From: Camelus ferus
Lineage: Eukaryota
DNA length: 64,000 nucleotides
Direction of reading: 5' to 3'
Assembly (NCBI RefSeq): GCF_009834535.1
Contig: NC_045696.1
Location: 98,830,001-98,894,000 of the forward strand
The translations under genes were made by a program, and so were the position numbers. Shown here one piece after another: positions 1-11,639 of this stretch; within the stretch, counting starts at the first letter, position 1, and each line of letters starts with the position of its first letter. Under the pieces are notes generated by a model. It made no database searches and was not told the DNA's origin. It worked only from the letters and a program-made list of their open reading frames with translations.

Positions 1-332
1 TTTCTTCCCACGTCAGCATGGATTGGCTCTATGCTAATTACTTCTAAATACATGTTGCCAGCAGAGATCTATTTCTAAATGATGCACTCAGATATTCACC
101 CCCTATTTGATATTTCCACCTAAATGTATAAACTGCTTTATTAAGTTCAAAACAGAACTCGTGATTTCTGTTGCATGTCTTCTCTCTCCTCCCCCAAAAC
201 ACACTCTCTTCCTTATTCTTAAGGGTCATTTACCGTCCTGAATGCTGTCCCAGTCTATTGATTTGTTCCACAAGCCTTGGTCTTATCCAAGATGAGCCAT
301 TAAAAGAAAAAAATAACACAATGTATAGTCCT

Positions 333-575
333 GTGCCAGTTAGGATGTGTATGGCTACTAATGACAGGATATCTAACCAAAGCGGCTGAACAGTGAGGGA
401 TTTATTACTTTGTCTGAGAAGTGGGAATGCCGCAGTTTCAAGGGTAACTGACTCAAAGGTATGACAGTGTCATCAGCCCACTCGTGATTTCCATTCCTCA
501 GCATTTGGCGGTGCGGCCCCTTAAAAGCTGAAGGTGACTGGTGCAGTTCCAAACACCTGCGTGATCACAATGACA
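333..575 (-). mobile_element. Degraded MaLR (MLT1-type) LTR fragment
   Basis: 'tgtgccagttaggatgtgtatggctactaatgacagg...aaccaaagcggctgaacagtgagggatttatt' resembles the reverse complement of an MLT1 LTR 3' end. Boundaries approximate. Confidence 0.5.
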
Positions 576-679
576 GTCTACTAAAAATTACACAGAAAAT
601 AAAGGAATGGGGAAAAAAGGATGCTAGGTTCACACAATTCAAAAGAAACCTTATGCTGCAATATTAATCTCAAATGTAT

Positions 680-830
680 TGGCACTGATTCTGGAACAAA
701 AGGGCTTGGGTTTGAATCATAGCCTTAGCAGACGTTTAGCTGTGTCATCTTGAGCAAATGATTTAACCTCTCTGTGCCTCTACTGCCTCTTCACTCCAAC
801 CAATGGATTCTTGTGGGGGTCACTCACAGA
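680..830 (+). mobile_element. MIR SINE fragment
   Basis: MIR core-like 'gggtttgaatc...tagctgtgtcatcttgagcaaatgatttaacctctctgtgcctc'. Confidence 0.7.
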
Positions 831-844
831 ACATAGCAGGACGC

Positions 845-1245
845 AGGAGACCCTGGCCTGACAATAACTGTGCCACAGCCCCAGCCACTGTGCCTGATCT
901 GGTAGGAAGACACGCTACCAGAGCCAGCCAGGACAATCAGAACCTTTACCTGGATTATTAAGTAAAGCCAAGGGGAAGGTCACCCCTTCCTCTGGAACTG
1001 CTGAGCATGCCACGACCTCACCTCCACTCTCCACCCCTAAGATATGGAGGAAGCTTTCTGCACTGAAGGCAGGATGAGAGCTCACACCAGAGAAAAGCTA
1101 AGATGAGAGATGACGAGAAAGAGGAAGGGTCCCGGTAACATGATGAGCATCTTACTCTGCGATCCCATGCACAGGGGCCACACTCCATGCTATTTCTGGC
1201 TCCGGCTAGATTGAAATGGATTTCACTGGCTTATGGAGAGTAGTG
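845..1245 (+). mobile_element. Degraded MaLR (MLT1J/K/L-like) LTR
   Basis: 'ccaggacaatcagaacc...tggaggaagctttctg...agagaaaagctaagatgagagatg' resembles MLT1 LTR internal motifs. Confidence 0.5.
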
Positions 1246-2416
1246 CCGCTCAGCTCCACAGCTCGTAACTAGCTGATTGCAAACTCTGGCCTCGATTATC
1301 TAATTCACATAGTACTTAAATTCTTCCATCCGTGTATGAGCCTGACCTCTCTGTCTCCAAACTTGTAACAGTAGCCAAGGGACATGGACCAAGCAGAAGG
1401 AGGTGGACATTTGTAATTAAAGCATATGAAAATAGGTCACTGGTATTATCCTTGGATGCGTAAAATCACGGTAATCAGCTAGCATTGTGCCTAGTGCATA
1501 GTAGATGTTCAATGAAGATTTGTTTCCCCTGGTAAAAATTTTTGAAGATAATAGGAAAAAGGATATTATACATATACAGATACATTATATATATAGATAT
1601 GTTATCATCAGTAGTCTCTCAGTTTGAAATGCTAATATTTGAATTTGATGATAGGGGAAGTGGGCCTCTTCCCTGGTCTTTCAAAACTGAAGACGTTACT
1701 TATGTTCTTTATCATTTCAGAATGTGTCAGCGTAAGTAACCCGGCTTGAGTAGTATTAATGTACTGCTTTTCCAGCTCATTTTTATTTTATCATTTTCCT
1801 AATGCTCTCTCTTTAAAATTTATTTGCAATCTTGTACAGCATCATAAAATTTGAGTAATCTATACAATAGATTCAACCCCTTACTATAATGCCATATCAA
1901 TACATATATAAAACTCATGGATATAGTCTAGATGGGGTGGGGTAAATAGTGAAAGAGAGAGAAAGATGAAGATGAAATAAAATTGAAATTGAGGACTTTG
2001 AAAATACAATGTTTATTTTAAAGTGCATAGTTGAAAAATTTCCATGAACGTGTTCCTCACAAACTAACCACTCCATCCCCACACCAAGCAACAGTTGCCA
2101 TCTCAAAGAAGATATCCCAAGATTAAAATTGGATTGAGATTCGGGAATTGGGTAATTTTACTCCTGAGTCTGACATTGACCAATAGAATGAATAATTTTG
2201 GATGAATCATATTCTGGACATTGTTTATTCAGATTTCGACTGTGGTGGTCCCCGTGGGTTAAAAACACATGAATTCTATACGAGAATTCAGTGATTCTCA
2301 TCAGAGCCAAAGTCAAGCCAAAAAGTTAGGTGAAGAATTTCTTTTGTGTCTTTCCAACTTCCTTGTGAGTATTCCTCTTCCACCACATGAATTTCCCTTT
2401 CCTCCCATCAATCAGG

Positions 2417-2803
2417 TGTTAAAAGATAAACTAGGGCATATTAAAATGTTAAGGGTTTATGTGAGCAAAAATCGATTCAAATTGGGCAGCATCCAATAGC
2501 AGACAGAAAGTAGTTCTGAGAAGCTGGAGAAATAAAAGACTGTTATAGGCAGAAGAGGGCAGGAACAAGGGAGCTATACGGGCAGAAAAGCTGATATTGC
2601 AAGGTTACTTTCCTTTAGGTGAGGGCGGGGGGGGGGGTGTCTATCAGGCAGATTACTTAACTCGTGCTGCTCAGGAAGACTCCTAATTGACTGGCTTAAG
2701 ATTTCACTCCTGGGGGACTTGCAACTGTAATGAGGTCTCCATTTGGAGATCTGAAGCTTAGCATAAACAACTCCATTCTGAGCCTGTTGCCTCCTTTTCA
2801 GCA
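2417..2803 (-). mobile_element. ERV1-class solo LTR (MER57/MER4-group-like)
   Basis: Begins TGTTAAAAG at 2417 and ends TTTTCAGCA at 2803 (TG...CA), flanked by CAGG/CATG, a 3/4 match to a 4-bp TSD. 'gattcaaattgggcagc' and 'actccattctg' resemble MER57-like LTRs in reverse. Confidence 0.7.
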
Positions 2804-3399
2804 CATGTTAGCCCTTGGTAGGGACTCCTACATGCTAGGGCTTGTTCCTTGCTTCCATGCTCTGGTGCTAACACGACGTCCTCTGTCTCTCGCTTACCCT
2901 GCGCTTCTCACTGTAGGCTCCACCCAGGCTGAAGAAATTTCCTCAGGCAGTTTCCCATGATTCAAACACCTCTTTTTCACCTCATCTGATTACTCAGTAT
3001 CATATTATATTGTTTTGTCATATAGAACTTTTATTAATAGTAAACAACAGGTTAACAACTGTCACCTTTCCAAAAAAAAATCTTTCTATTTTTAAATAGG
3101 TATGTCTCACCATCATTCAAAGGAATTGGTATCTATCCAGGGGACCTGGGACCCTCCCACAGGGAGACTTTAGGTTAGTTAGGGGAATATTTGGGAACCT
3201 TGAACAAAATGATAATTTATGTTTATCTATAGCCTATCCAATTGTAATTAGACATGAATTTTTAGTCAATGACAAATCATTATGAAACTTAATCTTGATT
3301 GAGCATGTCATCAATATCCCCAGACTGTTAACTTCTTCATCAATTTTATTGTCATTTTATAAGCTGGCATTTGGACTTTTTGGCGACTTGTTTTCTGCC

Positions 3400-4010
3400 C
3401 GATTTGGGGGTGGGGGGGCGTGTCTAAGGGAGTGGAGGAAAGGCTGTGGTTCCAGCAGGCGTGACTTGCATTTCAGAATTGTTTCTGTAACCGGGGGGAG
3501 AATAGCTTGCAGGTATTCCAGGCCATAGCTCTCTGAAAGTTCCTCCCACATGGCTTGCTTCGCTTTTACTTTCATTTTGTATTAAACAAAAAGTCATTCG
3601 AGGGCCATTTAAGTCTCTGGTTTGTGTTTTCCAATACCAGATAAAAGTTAAACAGATGAACCATTTGGGGGGTAAGGATTGGGAAATCCACGGCTGCTAA
3701 AATGCTTTAAAGTTTCAAAATGGTTTTGTTTTTTTAAACCCATTTTCCATGTTCCAGCAGCTGTGGGTTTTCCCAGGGCTCCCCCTGTGGCTCAAAAGGG
3801 AGCTGCTTAATGCTTAACAGATGAGCCAATTGAGTTTTTAAATGCAAAATTAAACTTAAAGTGCACAGAGAGCACGGGGGACTCCACAGACAGGAACAGG
3901 CTGACGGAGGAGCGCGAGCTGCAAGCCCCGGGCGGCGGCGAGACGCCGCCTCTCCTCCTGCAGCCAGCGGAAAGCGCGAGCAGCACAGGCGCGTGGGTCT
4001 TGTAATCAAC
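3400..4010. promoter_or_regulatory. Candidate promoter/enhancer with a short CpG-rich patch
   Basis: About 15 CpGs in ~3875-3995 in an otherwise CpG-depleted window. GC-box-like GGGGCGTG near 3415, NF-kB-like GGGAAATCC (3681) and GGGTTTTTCC (3766). No recognisable repeat. Function is inferred. Confidence 0.45.
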
Positions 4011-6579
4011 CCTCAAACAGGCTGTAGTTATCCTCCATGTTGCCAAAAGGTTTTTCATAACTACTTTCTTTAGATTTATTTATAAATGTCTCTTTTTCTT
4101 TAAGAACAGGAACAAAAAATAGAAGGAAAGCGACCGATGGACCCTCTGGAATATAAGAACACATATGTTTTGATCTCCATCAGGTTTGTTGTCTCAGTGA
4201 TGATGAGAATTTAGTTCCCTTAGCACTTTTTTTCCCCTCAGATCCTTAGGTCCTTTACCCCGTGGGTCCCAGACATTGAGCAGATCATGTAGATTCTCAG
4301 AATATTCTGCCTAGAGTGTGAGGAGCCCGGACGACTACAGACTTTGGTTGGGACTCAATTTGCCTAGCCACTGGACACACTGTTTCATCATTCATCTAAA
4401 TATTTGAACATGAGAAGGCATTTGGATTTGGCACTTAAAACTAATCAGAAAACCAGTTTTTGCCAACTTTAATAAAGTCTTTGATTCAGGACAAATCATC
4501 CTAATGCCTTAAAGAAAAAAATCTCCATGTTATTTGTGTAAGTCCTTTTACCTAAGATGTTCCCAGCATCAGGACTGAAATTCCACGGGTGAACTTTCTT
4601 TTACTGGAGGTTGTAAAACTAACTGTTGAATTCCAAATGGTGGAAATCTTTTTGGGAGTCAATCTCATGATTTCAACACGTTTTTTATAGCACAATGTAC
4701 ACTGGCATTCCAGAATGGGATACACCCAGTGAGGCTCATCAGACCACATAACCTTCAAGATTTCTGGCCAATACACACCGGAAGCATGAATTCCTTAGCA
4801 TCTTTGGGACGTCACTTGCTGTCTAGTGCATTGTAATTGCATTTAAGGAATATTTAGCATAACCCGAAAAGTGCTGAGAAATGACAAACACACTGGAAGA
4901 CTTCTATTGCTCAGACCTTGTCTTCATACTCAGCTTTTAAGCTAGGAAAACAATTAAAATCCTTTAATGTCTCACTTTTGAAGAAATCACTCTAGGACAT
5001 AGTAACCAAAAATCCTGTTACGCCGGCAAAAACTTCCCAATAGGATACCAAGAAGAGGATGCTAGAAAGCTTCAAGTTCTCACGTGCTATACCACCAAGT
5101 CCAGCAATGACGAGTGAAGTCACAAGATTAAATAAGCCTAAAAAAGGACACAGGAATACATACACGTGTGTATCTGTATACACGTGCACACATATTCTAG
5201 CACGCGTACACACACATACCTTTCATACATTATCTACAGTTGCTATTCAATTACCAATTACATTCCTTAGATATTTTTACCTCTTTCAAATTCTCAAAGT
5301 AAATCTTACTATATTAGATTTTGAGAGCTCTCGTGGCCCACTCCTACTGCTTGTCCCGAAGAACAAAACCAACCAACCAAAACAAACAAAAAACCCAACA
5401 AACTCTACAACAGATCATCATTATTTGGTGTCACTCTTCATTCTACACCTGCCAGCTCTTGTTTAGTAGAACAATTATTTTACCTTTGCCATTTAAATTT
5501 CAAGTGGTGATTGTGAAAAGGCAACTTTTAAAAAATCCACCGAGGGTGAAGATTCCTCCACTGTCTTTGTGACTGCGTGTTCTGAGACTTGTACCTCTTA
5601 CGTAATCAAATCCATTTGAGTCATTGACTACAGCCAGCCTTGTCAGTTTGCCTGAAGGAAAAACACTGATGAGGTTGGGCTCCTGTGAAAGCAATCATAT
5701 GGTTAATTGCTTTAGTGTGAACCTAGCCATTGTGATTAAAGCCTAGGACTTGTGTTTAGGTAGAGCAGAGTTTCCATGCTTCAAGGCACTCCGTGGCAGA
5801 GCTAGCATTCTCCAGGCCTCAAGAAAATGTGCTGAGGCATCGGCATATTTCCCTGAGGAGTTACAGTGTTTGGGGGATCATTCAATCATTAGACTATATT
5901 CAAAGAAACTGGGTTAATTTGAATATGTAATCATTGGATCACATATTCATATATTTGTTAGCTCTCTGAAAGGGTGATCATCAGAATGCAGGTTTAAATA
6001 AACAAGTATCTATTCAAAACTTGACATATCATGTGCTTGAATTTAAAGTGAATTCTGCTCACCCCTAAAGCGTCTCATACCTGTCAGCTAATACAGGTAT
6101 TAGCTGTATTCAGCAACTGGCGTCCTTTTCATGAACATAAATTAAAAAGACGATCTGCTTTACTTTTTAATAAATTGCTATGGCTTATCTTTTCAGAATT
6201 CCAATTTTAGTAATTTCTTATAGAATTTGATTAGTAATATTTAGGCCATATATATATGTAAAATACATATATATACCTACACACACCATCATATACACAT
6301 GTACATATGTGTGTGAATACATACATACGTTAAATTCAATGCAGAAAACATATAAAGACTTTTGTTTAATCTTTTTCTCTTTTTGTAAAATTACAAAGAA
6401 TCAAATCATTATTTTGCTCCTTTCCAGTGAAATGTTGGCTTCACAGTTCACTTTTTATAAAGAAATTCTAAATCATTAATCAAGTAGAATACCACTCTTT
6501 TTTTTTTTCTTCTAATTATCCAATATACTTTTGAGGCTTTCAGAAGTGGAGGTTTACATCCATTAGGGCACAAATGGTG

Positions 6580-6580
<1 letters not shown>

Positions 6581-6648
<68 letters not shown>
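6581..6648. repeat. (TAA)n microsatellite, ~22 units
   Basis: Perfect TAA repeat read directly; it produces the poly-Tyr ORF at 6448-6651. Confidence 0.97.
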
Positions 6649-6649
<1 letters not shown>

Positions 6650-9324
6650 AAACCCCCAGCTATCCATGTTTCAGTAATTCAAATCCAACACCATTTTGAG
6701 TAGATTTTTAATATACTCATGGGAGTCACACAAGGGTAACTGATGATTTCAAATTACTTGCATCTTATTTATCTTAAAATCTATTCCCTAATCTGTTACT
6801 ACATTATGGGCAATAATATCATTCTATTAGTTGTAAAAACAATGGAGTTTTACTAATTTAACTGTATTTACTGCTCCTCTATAACCTCATAAAAAGTGAT
6901 TCCTATGTATATAAGGTATTTTTAGAAACCCGACTTTCTCAGACATAGAGGCAAGGTATTAAGACGTACCATTTTAAGAAATTTTAACAAAAAAGGGGAC
7001 ATATTATGGTATAGTCCTCATCATTTTGCATTGTTCTCCAAACAGTTGCCTTCCTTTTCAGGGTGGATCTCTGCATGTTAATAGAGACTGCATCACGTGC
7101 AGAAGCTGGGAGCATGCAAGCCGTGTTTGGCACATAGATTCTTTGTAGGGAAAAATCTTACACAAAGCATGCTGCATCAAGTGCTTTATTTCAGAAATGA
7201 AATCTTTTTTTTTTTAGACCAATCTGACTCAATATTTCCTACCCTGTAAACATTGGCTCATAAAAGGGTTAAATATTAAAATTGAATGGGAAGTAATAGG
7301 AAAACATTGCCTCTATTCCCCAATGCAAAAATCAAATATGTAAATATGAAAATGAGAGGACTCTGCTCCTTCCCCTTATACAGCTGATTAAATTGTCACT
7401 GCTGGAGATTACATGGGGCTTTATTCCCTTTACAGCCATATATTCGATTGGACAGACAGAAAAATATATTGCCCCAGACGAGACCCACCACCTGGGTACA
7501 CTGTGCTTCTGGTTGCCTGCAGAGGTCTTGTCCAAAACTTTGCAGCTACCCCTTTAAAAAAAGAAAAGTATTAGATGTGATCATTCATGACAGACTGGAT
7601 GATCTCTAAAGTCCCTTCTTACCTGGAGATTCCAGTGAGACAGAAACTCCTCCTCTTATTACCAGATATCAGCTCGCAGGTTAATTCCCTTGTAACAAAA
7701 CCTGCACGGACATATCCCCTTTTTATATTGATCTTAAACATCTTTCATTCATTTTGCATGATACATTCATTAAAAAAAAATCAGTCTCTTCTCTTTCTGT
7801 GTTTGCACTTTATCTCCTACCTAACTGATACATTTATTTCCTGGCGTATCAGTTTTGACACTGAACCTGTCCCCGCCCCCAGTTGTTCCCTCCAGAAGAA
7901 AATATTTGATTTTTGCAAAACTCGGATATAGAAAGAGAAGAATTACCTTTGATTCTCTTGATGTCTCGCCCTGATTTGGAAATGGTTCTCGTGGTCTGTC
8001 TGGACGTAGTAGAAGTTCGGACTCAGATGATGTCGCCTGCCTGTGTCACTCTGCACTGCGGGCTGAGCAGGGAGCTGCCTCCAGCTGCAGTCTCGGGCCT
8101 CAGTGTTAAGGACGCACAGAACTACTTTGTTAATGAGATCAGCTTCTCTGGTGCATAAAGATGTAGCCACAAGGAGAGGGAGATTTAACAACTAAAAAGG
8201 GGGTAGGGGTGATGTTTTTGAATTGGAGCATTAAGGGGAAAAAAAAATAACAACAGCAAAAAAAACAGTCAGCAGATACTTCCTTGCAAGGACAAGTGAA
8301 CAGGAGCAGTTCTATTTGCCTTTAGATCTGTAGTAGAGATACACGTGTTCCTCTGCTGTAGCAGCAAGGTATAGATTCCCGAAAGAATTTTGGGCTGGCT
8401 TGGTGTGTGGCTGGAAATATTTTTGTTGCTCTTGTCATTTTACCCATTCAGCAACATGACACTTATGGATGTTTTAAACTGAATAAGATCTCTACTGTAT
8501 CTTTTGATATAACTGCAATTTGAAAAATGTATCTTCTCTGATTGGGCAAATGAGTAAACAATCAAATTTCTCACCTCTCACATCCAGTTGGGTAAATTTG
8601 TAATAAAATCAAGTGATTTCTCGATGCCGCAAACCCAGAATTTCATACGCGTTTTAAAACACAGACATATATCATGCTTAAACAGCATTCTGCTTTAACT
8701 TGAGAATTTTTAAAAATCATTGCTTTCTAGCATCGTGTGTGCCCTTTTCTGCTGGTAAGTCTGCTCAATGCAGATCTCTTTTTGCTGTCAAAATTAAAAG
8801 CAGAGTTGTGTGTGTTCTGCTTCCTTGAACATGTGTCCACTTCAACCCTTTATTCTCTATTTGCTTTTTTTCCTGTCTTTCCCATGTTTCTTTGTTTTTC
8901 TTTTGTTTTCTTTTCCAGACTTCCCAGGGCTTCTGTTTTAGTATATTGTTCTCTTCGCATTGTTCAACTGTTCTTTGGCCAAAGTTCCATATTTAACCTA
9001 ATTTTCTTGTTTTTGTTTAATCTCCCCATAGTTTTATATTGTTCCTTTTTTCCCCTTTCTCTTCTCTCCCATTGTGCTTATTTATGAAAACACAATTCCA
9101 AACATCAGATTATGGACAAATTTCCTCTTGAATGTCCTTACCTTGTAATATTTTGGCTTTTAATGTCTTTATTCCCTCAACCACTATTGGTCAGTATTTT
9201 AAATCATCTTTTTGTTGACTGCATTGCCTTTTCTGTCACATCTTTCTGTTTCATTTTCCCCTTGATGTCTTGGTTTTCCAGACTTCTAGTGTCACTAAAA
9301 TGTGACCACCATCTATTCAACACT

Positions 9325-9535
9325 TAGTATCAGCCTTGTGTTTAATGCTTCACACATATTCCCTTGAATATTTACTATAACTCTGAAAGGTAGGCATTCT
9401 TATCTCCATCAAGGGAAGACAGAGGCCCAATGATTAAGGTACTGCCTTAAGTCCACACAACTGTGACAGCAAGTATTTTTTCTCAAAACTATTAGGCACC
9501 AAATCACCATCTCTTTCAACTAAATCATACTGAGA
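9325..9535 (-). mobile_element. MIR SINE fragment
   Basis: 'ataactctgaaaggtaggcattcttatctccat...gaagacagaggccc...ttaagg' resembles reverse MIR core. Confidence 0.5.
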
Positions 9536-9634
9536 CAAAAAAAAAAAATCAAAACTATGTTTTAAAATTCTGTTATGTTTAGGGGAAAATATGCTCACTT
9601 GTTAAACTTCACAGATGTATTCTTACCTCATTAT

Positions 9635-10145
9635 TGAAAGAGTAGGAAACTAACAAAATGGCTTCCCTGACGCTAACGCTGTTTGCTGATGCATTCTGAC
9701 TTAAAATTCTTGCAACCGATTTTTCTCTTTTCTCTGACAAACCCCCATCTCTGCTTCACTTGCTCAACTGCCTTTTACACTCTCCACTCTCTCTAGATTC
9801 TTTACCCAAATAGCTAATCCTTTAACCAAAAAGCTGTATTCCAGCAAGGTGGTCACGGGCTGATAGCCTCACAAGAACGAACAGACCCTCTGGAGTGTCT
9901 CCGTGACGCCAGGTGGATTCATCAAGATTAAGAAGAATGTAGGACCCTGGAAAACACCTTGATTGTTGCTGCCTTTCTGTCCATCCAGTTTTTCTGTAAA
10001 ACCTCAGGACCTCCGAGGCACGAACCTGCTGTGACTCCCCTTTGCCTGGCGAAGCAATAAAGTTGCTCTTTTCTAATTCTCCCAAAACTCTGCCTCCAGG
10101 TCTCAAATTGGCCATCGGGGTACAGAGGCCGGTTTTTCGGCAACA
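9635..10145 (+). mobile_element. ERV1-class solo LTR with TSD
   Basis: TG at 9635 and CAACA end at 10145, with a perfect 4-bp TSD TTAT (9631-9634 and 10146-10149). AATAAA at 10056-10061 is followed by a U5-like 'cagaggccggtttttcggcaaca' end typical of laurasiatherian ERV1 LTRs. Confidence 0.85.
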
Positions 10146-11059
10146 TTATTTACATGCACTTGTACCTGAAATGACTAAGTAGAAATTTACTTGTTATGTC
10201 TTCCTTCTGATAAAACTTACCAACTTGAGTTTTATTTGAGATTTAAAAAGAAGCAGCAGCTCTGAACTCAAGTTACTGTCTTCAACAAAACTTTTAACTA
10301 AAACTAGGTCCCAGTTTTCTTTGGACAGACACCAATTTACCAATACATGGCTGTAAATGTAAACAAACTGTGATAGCAAGTTCTTATGAGTAAAATAAAC
10401 AAGAAAAGGCAAGTCTAGAAGCATGGAAAGACTGCAGTGTCGGCACAACCACTGCATTCTATCAGCCATCTCAGTAATGACATCAGTGATCAAATATGTT
10501 TTTACAGTTGTCAAAGTAGTGGATCCGACATCTAATCCCAGCCTGCCTGCAGCTGCTTTTCTCCATCTTTCTCTCCTTGTATTATATTTGCCTTTTGAGA
10601 GAATAAAAGAATCATATATTTCTTTATGTTCTTCATTCAGATTTAGAAACTCTTGCACTTTTTGCAATGACGATGAGATGTGGTTATTACTCACTAAACA
10701 GGTCAGTTTGCAAGTTCCGTAAACCCACCATTTAATCATTACCACCTCCTTCATCTTATTCTTGCAATGATTTTATAAATATGTAAATATATATATACAC
10801 ACTTTTAAGAAGCACTTATATTTGATATTCCATTAGAAGCCTCTAAAATTGCTCCAGCTCTTGCCATGAAAAAAGTTCTATTTCTAGACTTTGGACAAGA
10901 TCTTAACAAAATTCTCTTTGATGAATTGCAGCCCTGAAAGCTGTCCTTGTACTAAGCTGTCTGTACCTGGCAGTTTCCTAAGGAACTGCAGAATGAACAA
11001 AGTTAGCAACTAGCAGATCTGAAATATCTGGAGAGATTTGACCACGAGGATAGGATAAC

Positions 11060-11330
11060 ACTAACGCAGTGACTGGGAAGTCATGAACACTTGACCTTGA
11101 ACTCCAGCTCTACCATTGGTCACCTTTGTGGAGTGGGCAAGTTACCTCATTCTTCTAAACCTCAGTTTCTTTATCTGTAAAAGGGGGATAATGATGCCCA
11201 CTTCCAAGGTATACGAGAAAAAGGTCATCAGGTCATGCATATAGAGCACTCAGGACAAAATCTGGTGTTAGTAAGTCCAGTATAAAAGATAGCCGATGGC
11301 ATCATTACCGCTTTTATCATCACTGTGCCA
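11060..11330 (+). mobile_element. MIR SINE
   Basis: 'ccagctctaccatt...gggcaagttacctc...cctcagtttctttatctgtaaaagggggataatgatgcccac' matches the MIR core. Confidence 0.75.
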
Positions 11331-11639
11331 AAACTAAAAATTGTTTCCTCTTTCTTTCCTTCTTTTGCCACTGTGTACTGAGCCGTAGAGTCATTTATCC
11401 AGCTTATGAGTGGCATTTGGGGTCCTGGTATTTATCTGTTGTTGTTTCCCCCACACTGTAATAACTTTATATATAACTCCTATGACAACTTTTAGGGTCA
11501 AGATAAAATTTGTACTAAATGAAGCACACATGAGCCAGGTCTCCCACACACATTATAAATAGCACTTGGAATTGACATCTATTGGCGAGCATTTGAGCAT
11601 AGTCCATATAATGCTCTCACCTTGCTATATCAACTTTTG

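Noticed and set aside
3899..3975. Hammerhead ribozyme (CTGACGG ... GAAA near a branched fold)
   Set aside because: The core reads CUGACGG rather than CUGANGA, and these bases are paired in the outer stem, so the topology does not fit.
3734..4073. Three overlapping ORFs across the CpG patch
   Set aside because: High GC suppresses stop codons, and the peptides are low-complexity and unrecognisable.
6448..6651. Poly-tyrosine ORF
   Set aside because: It is the translation of the (TAA)n microsatellite.
8737..9327. Hydrophobic 'membrane protein'-like ORFs
   Set aside because: The F/L/S-rich peptides come from T-rich low-complexity or decayed antisense LINE sequence.
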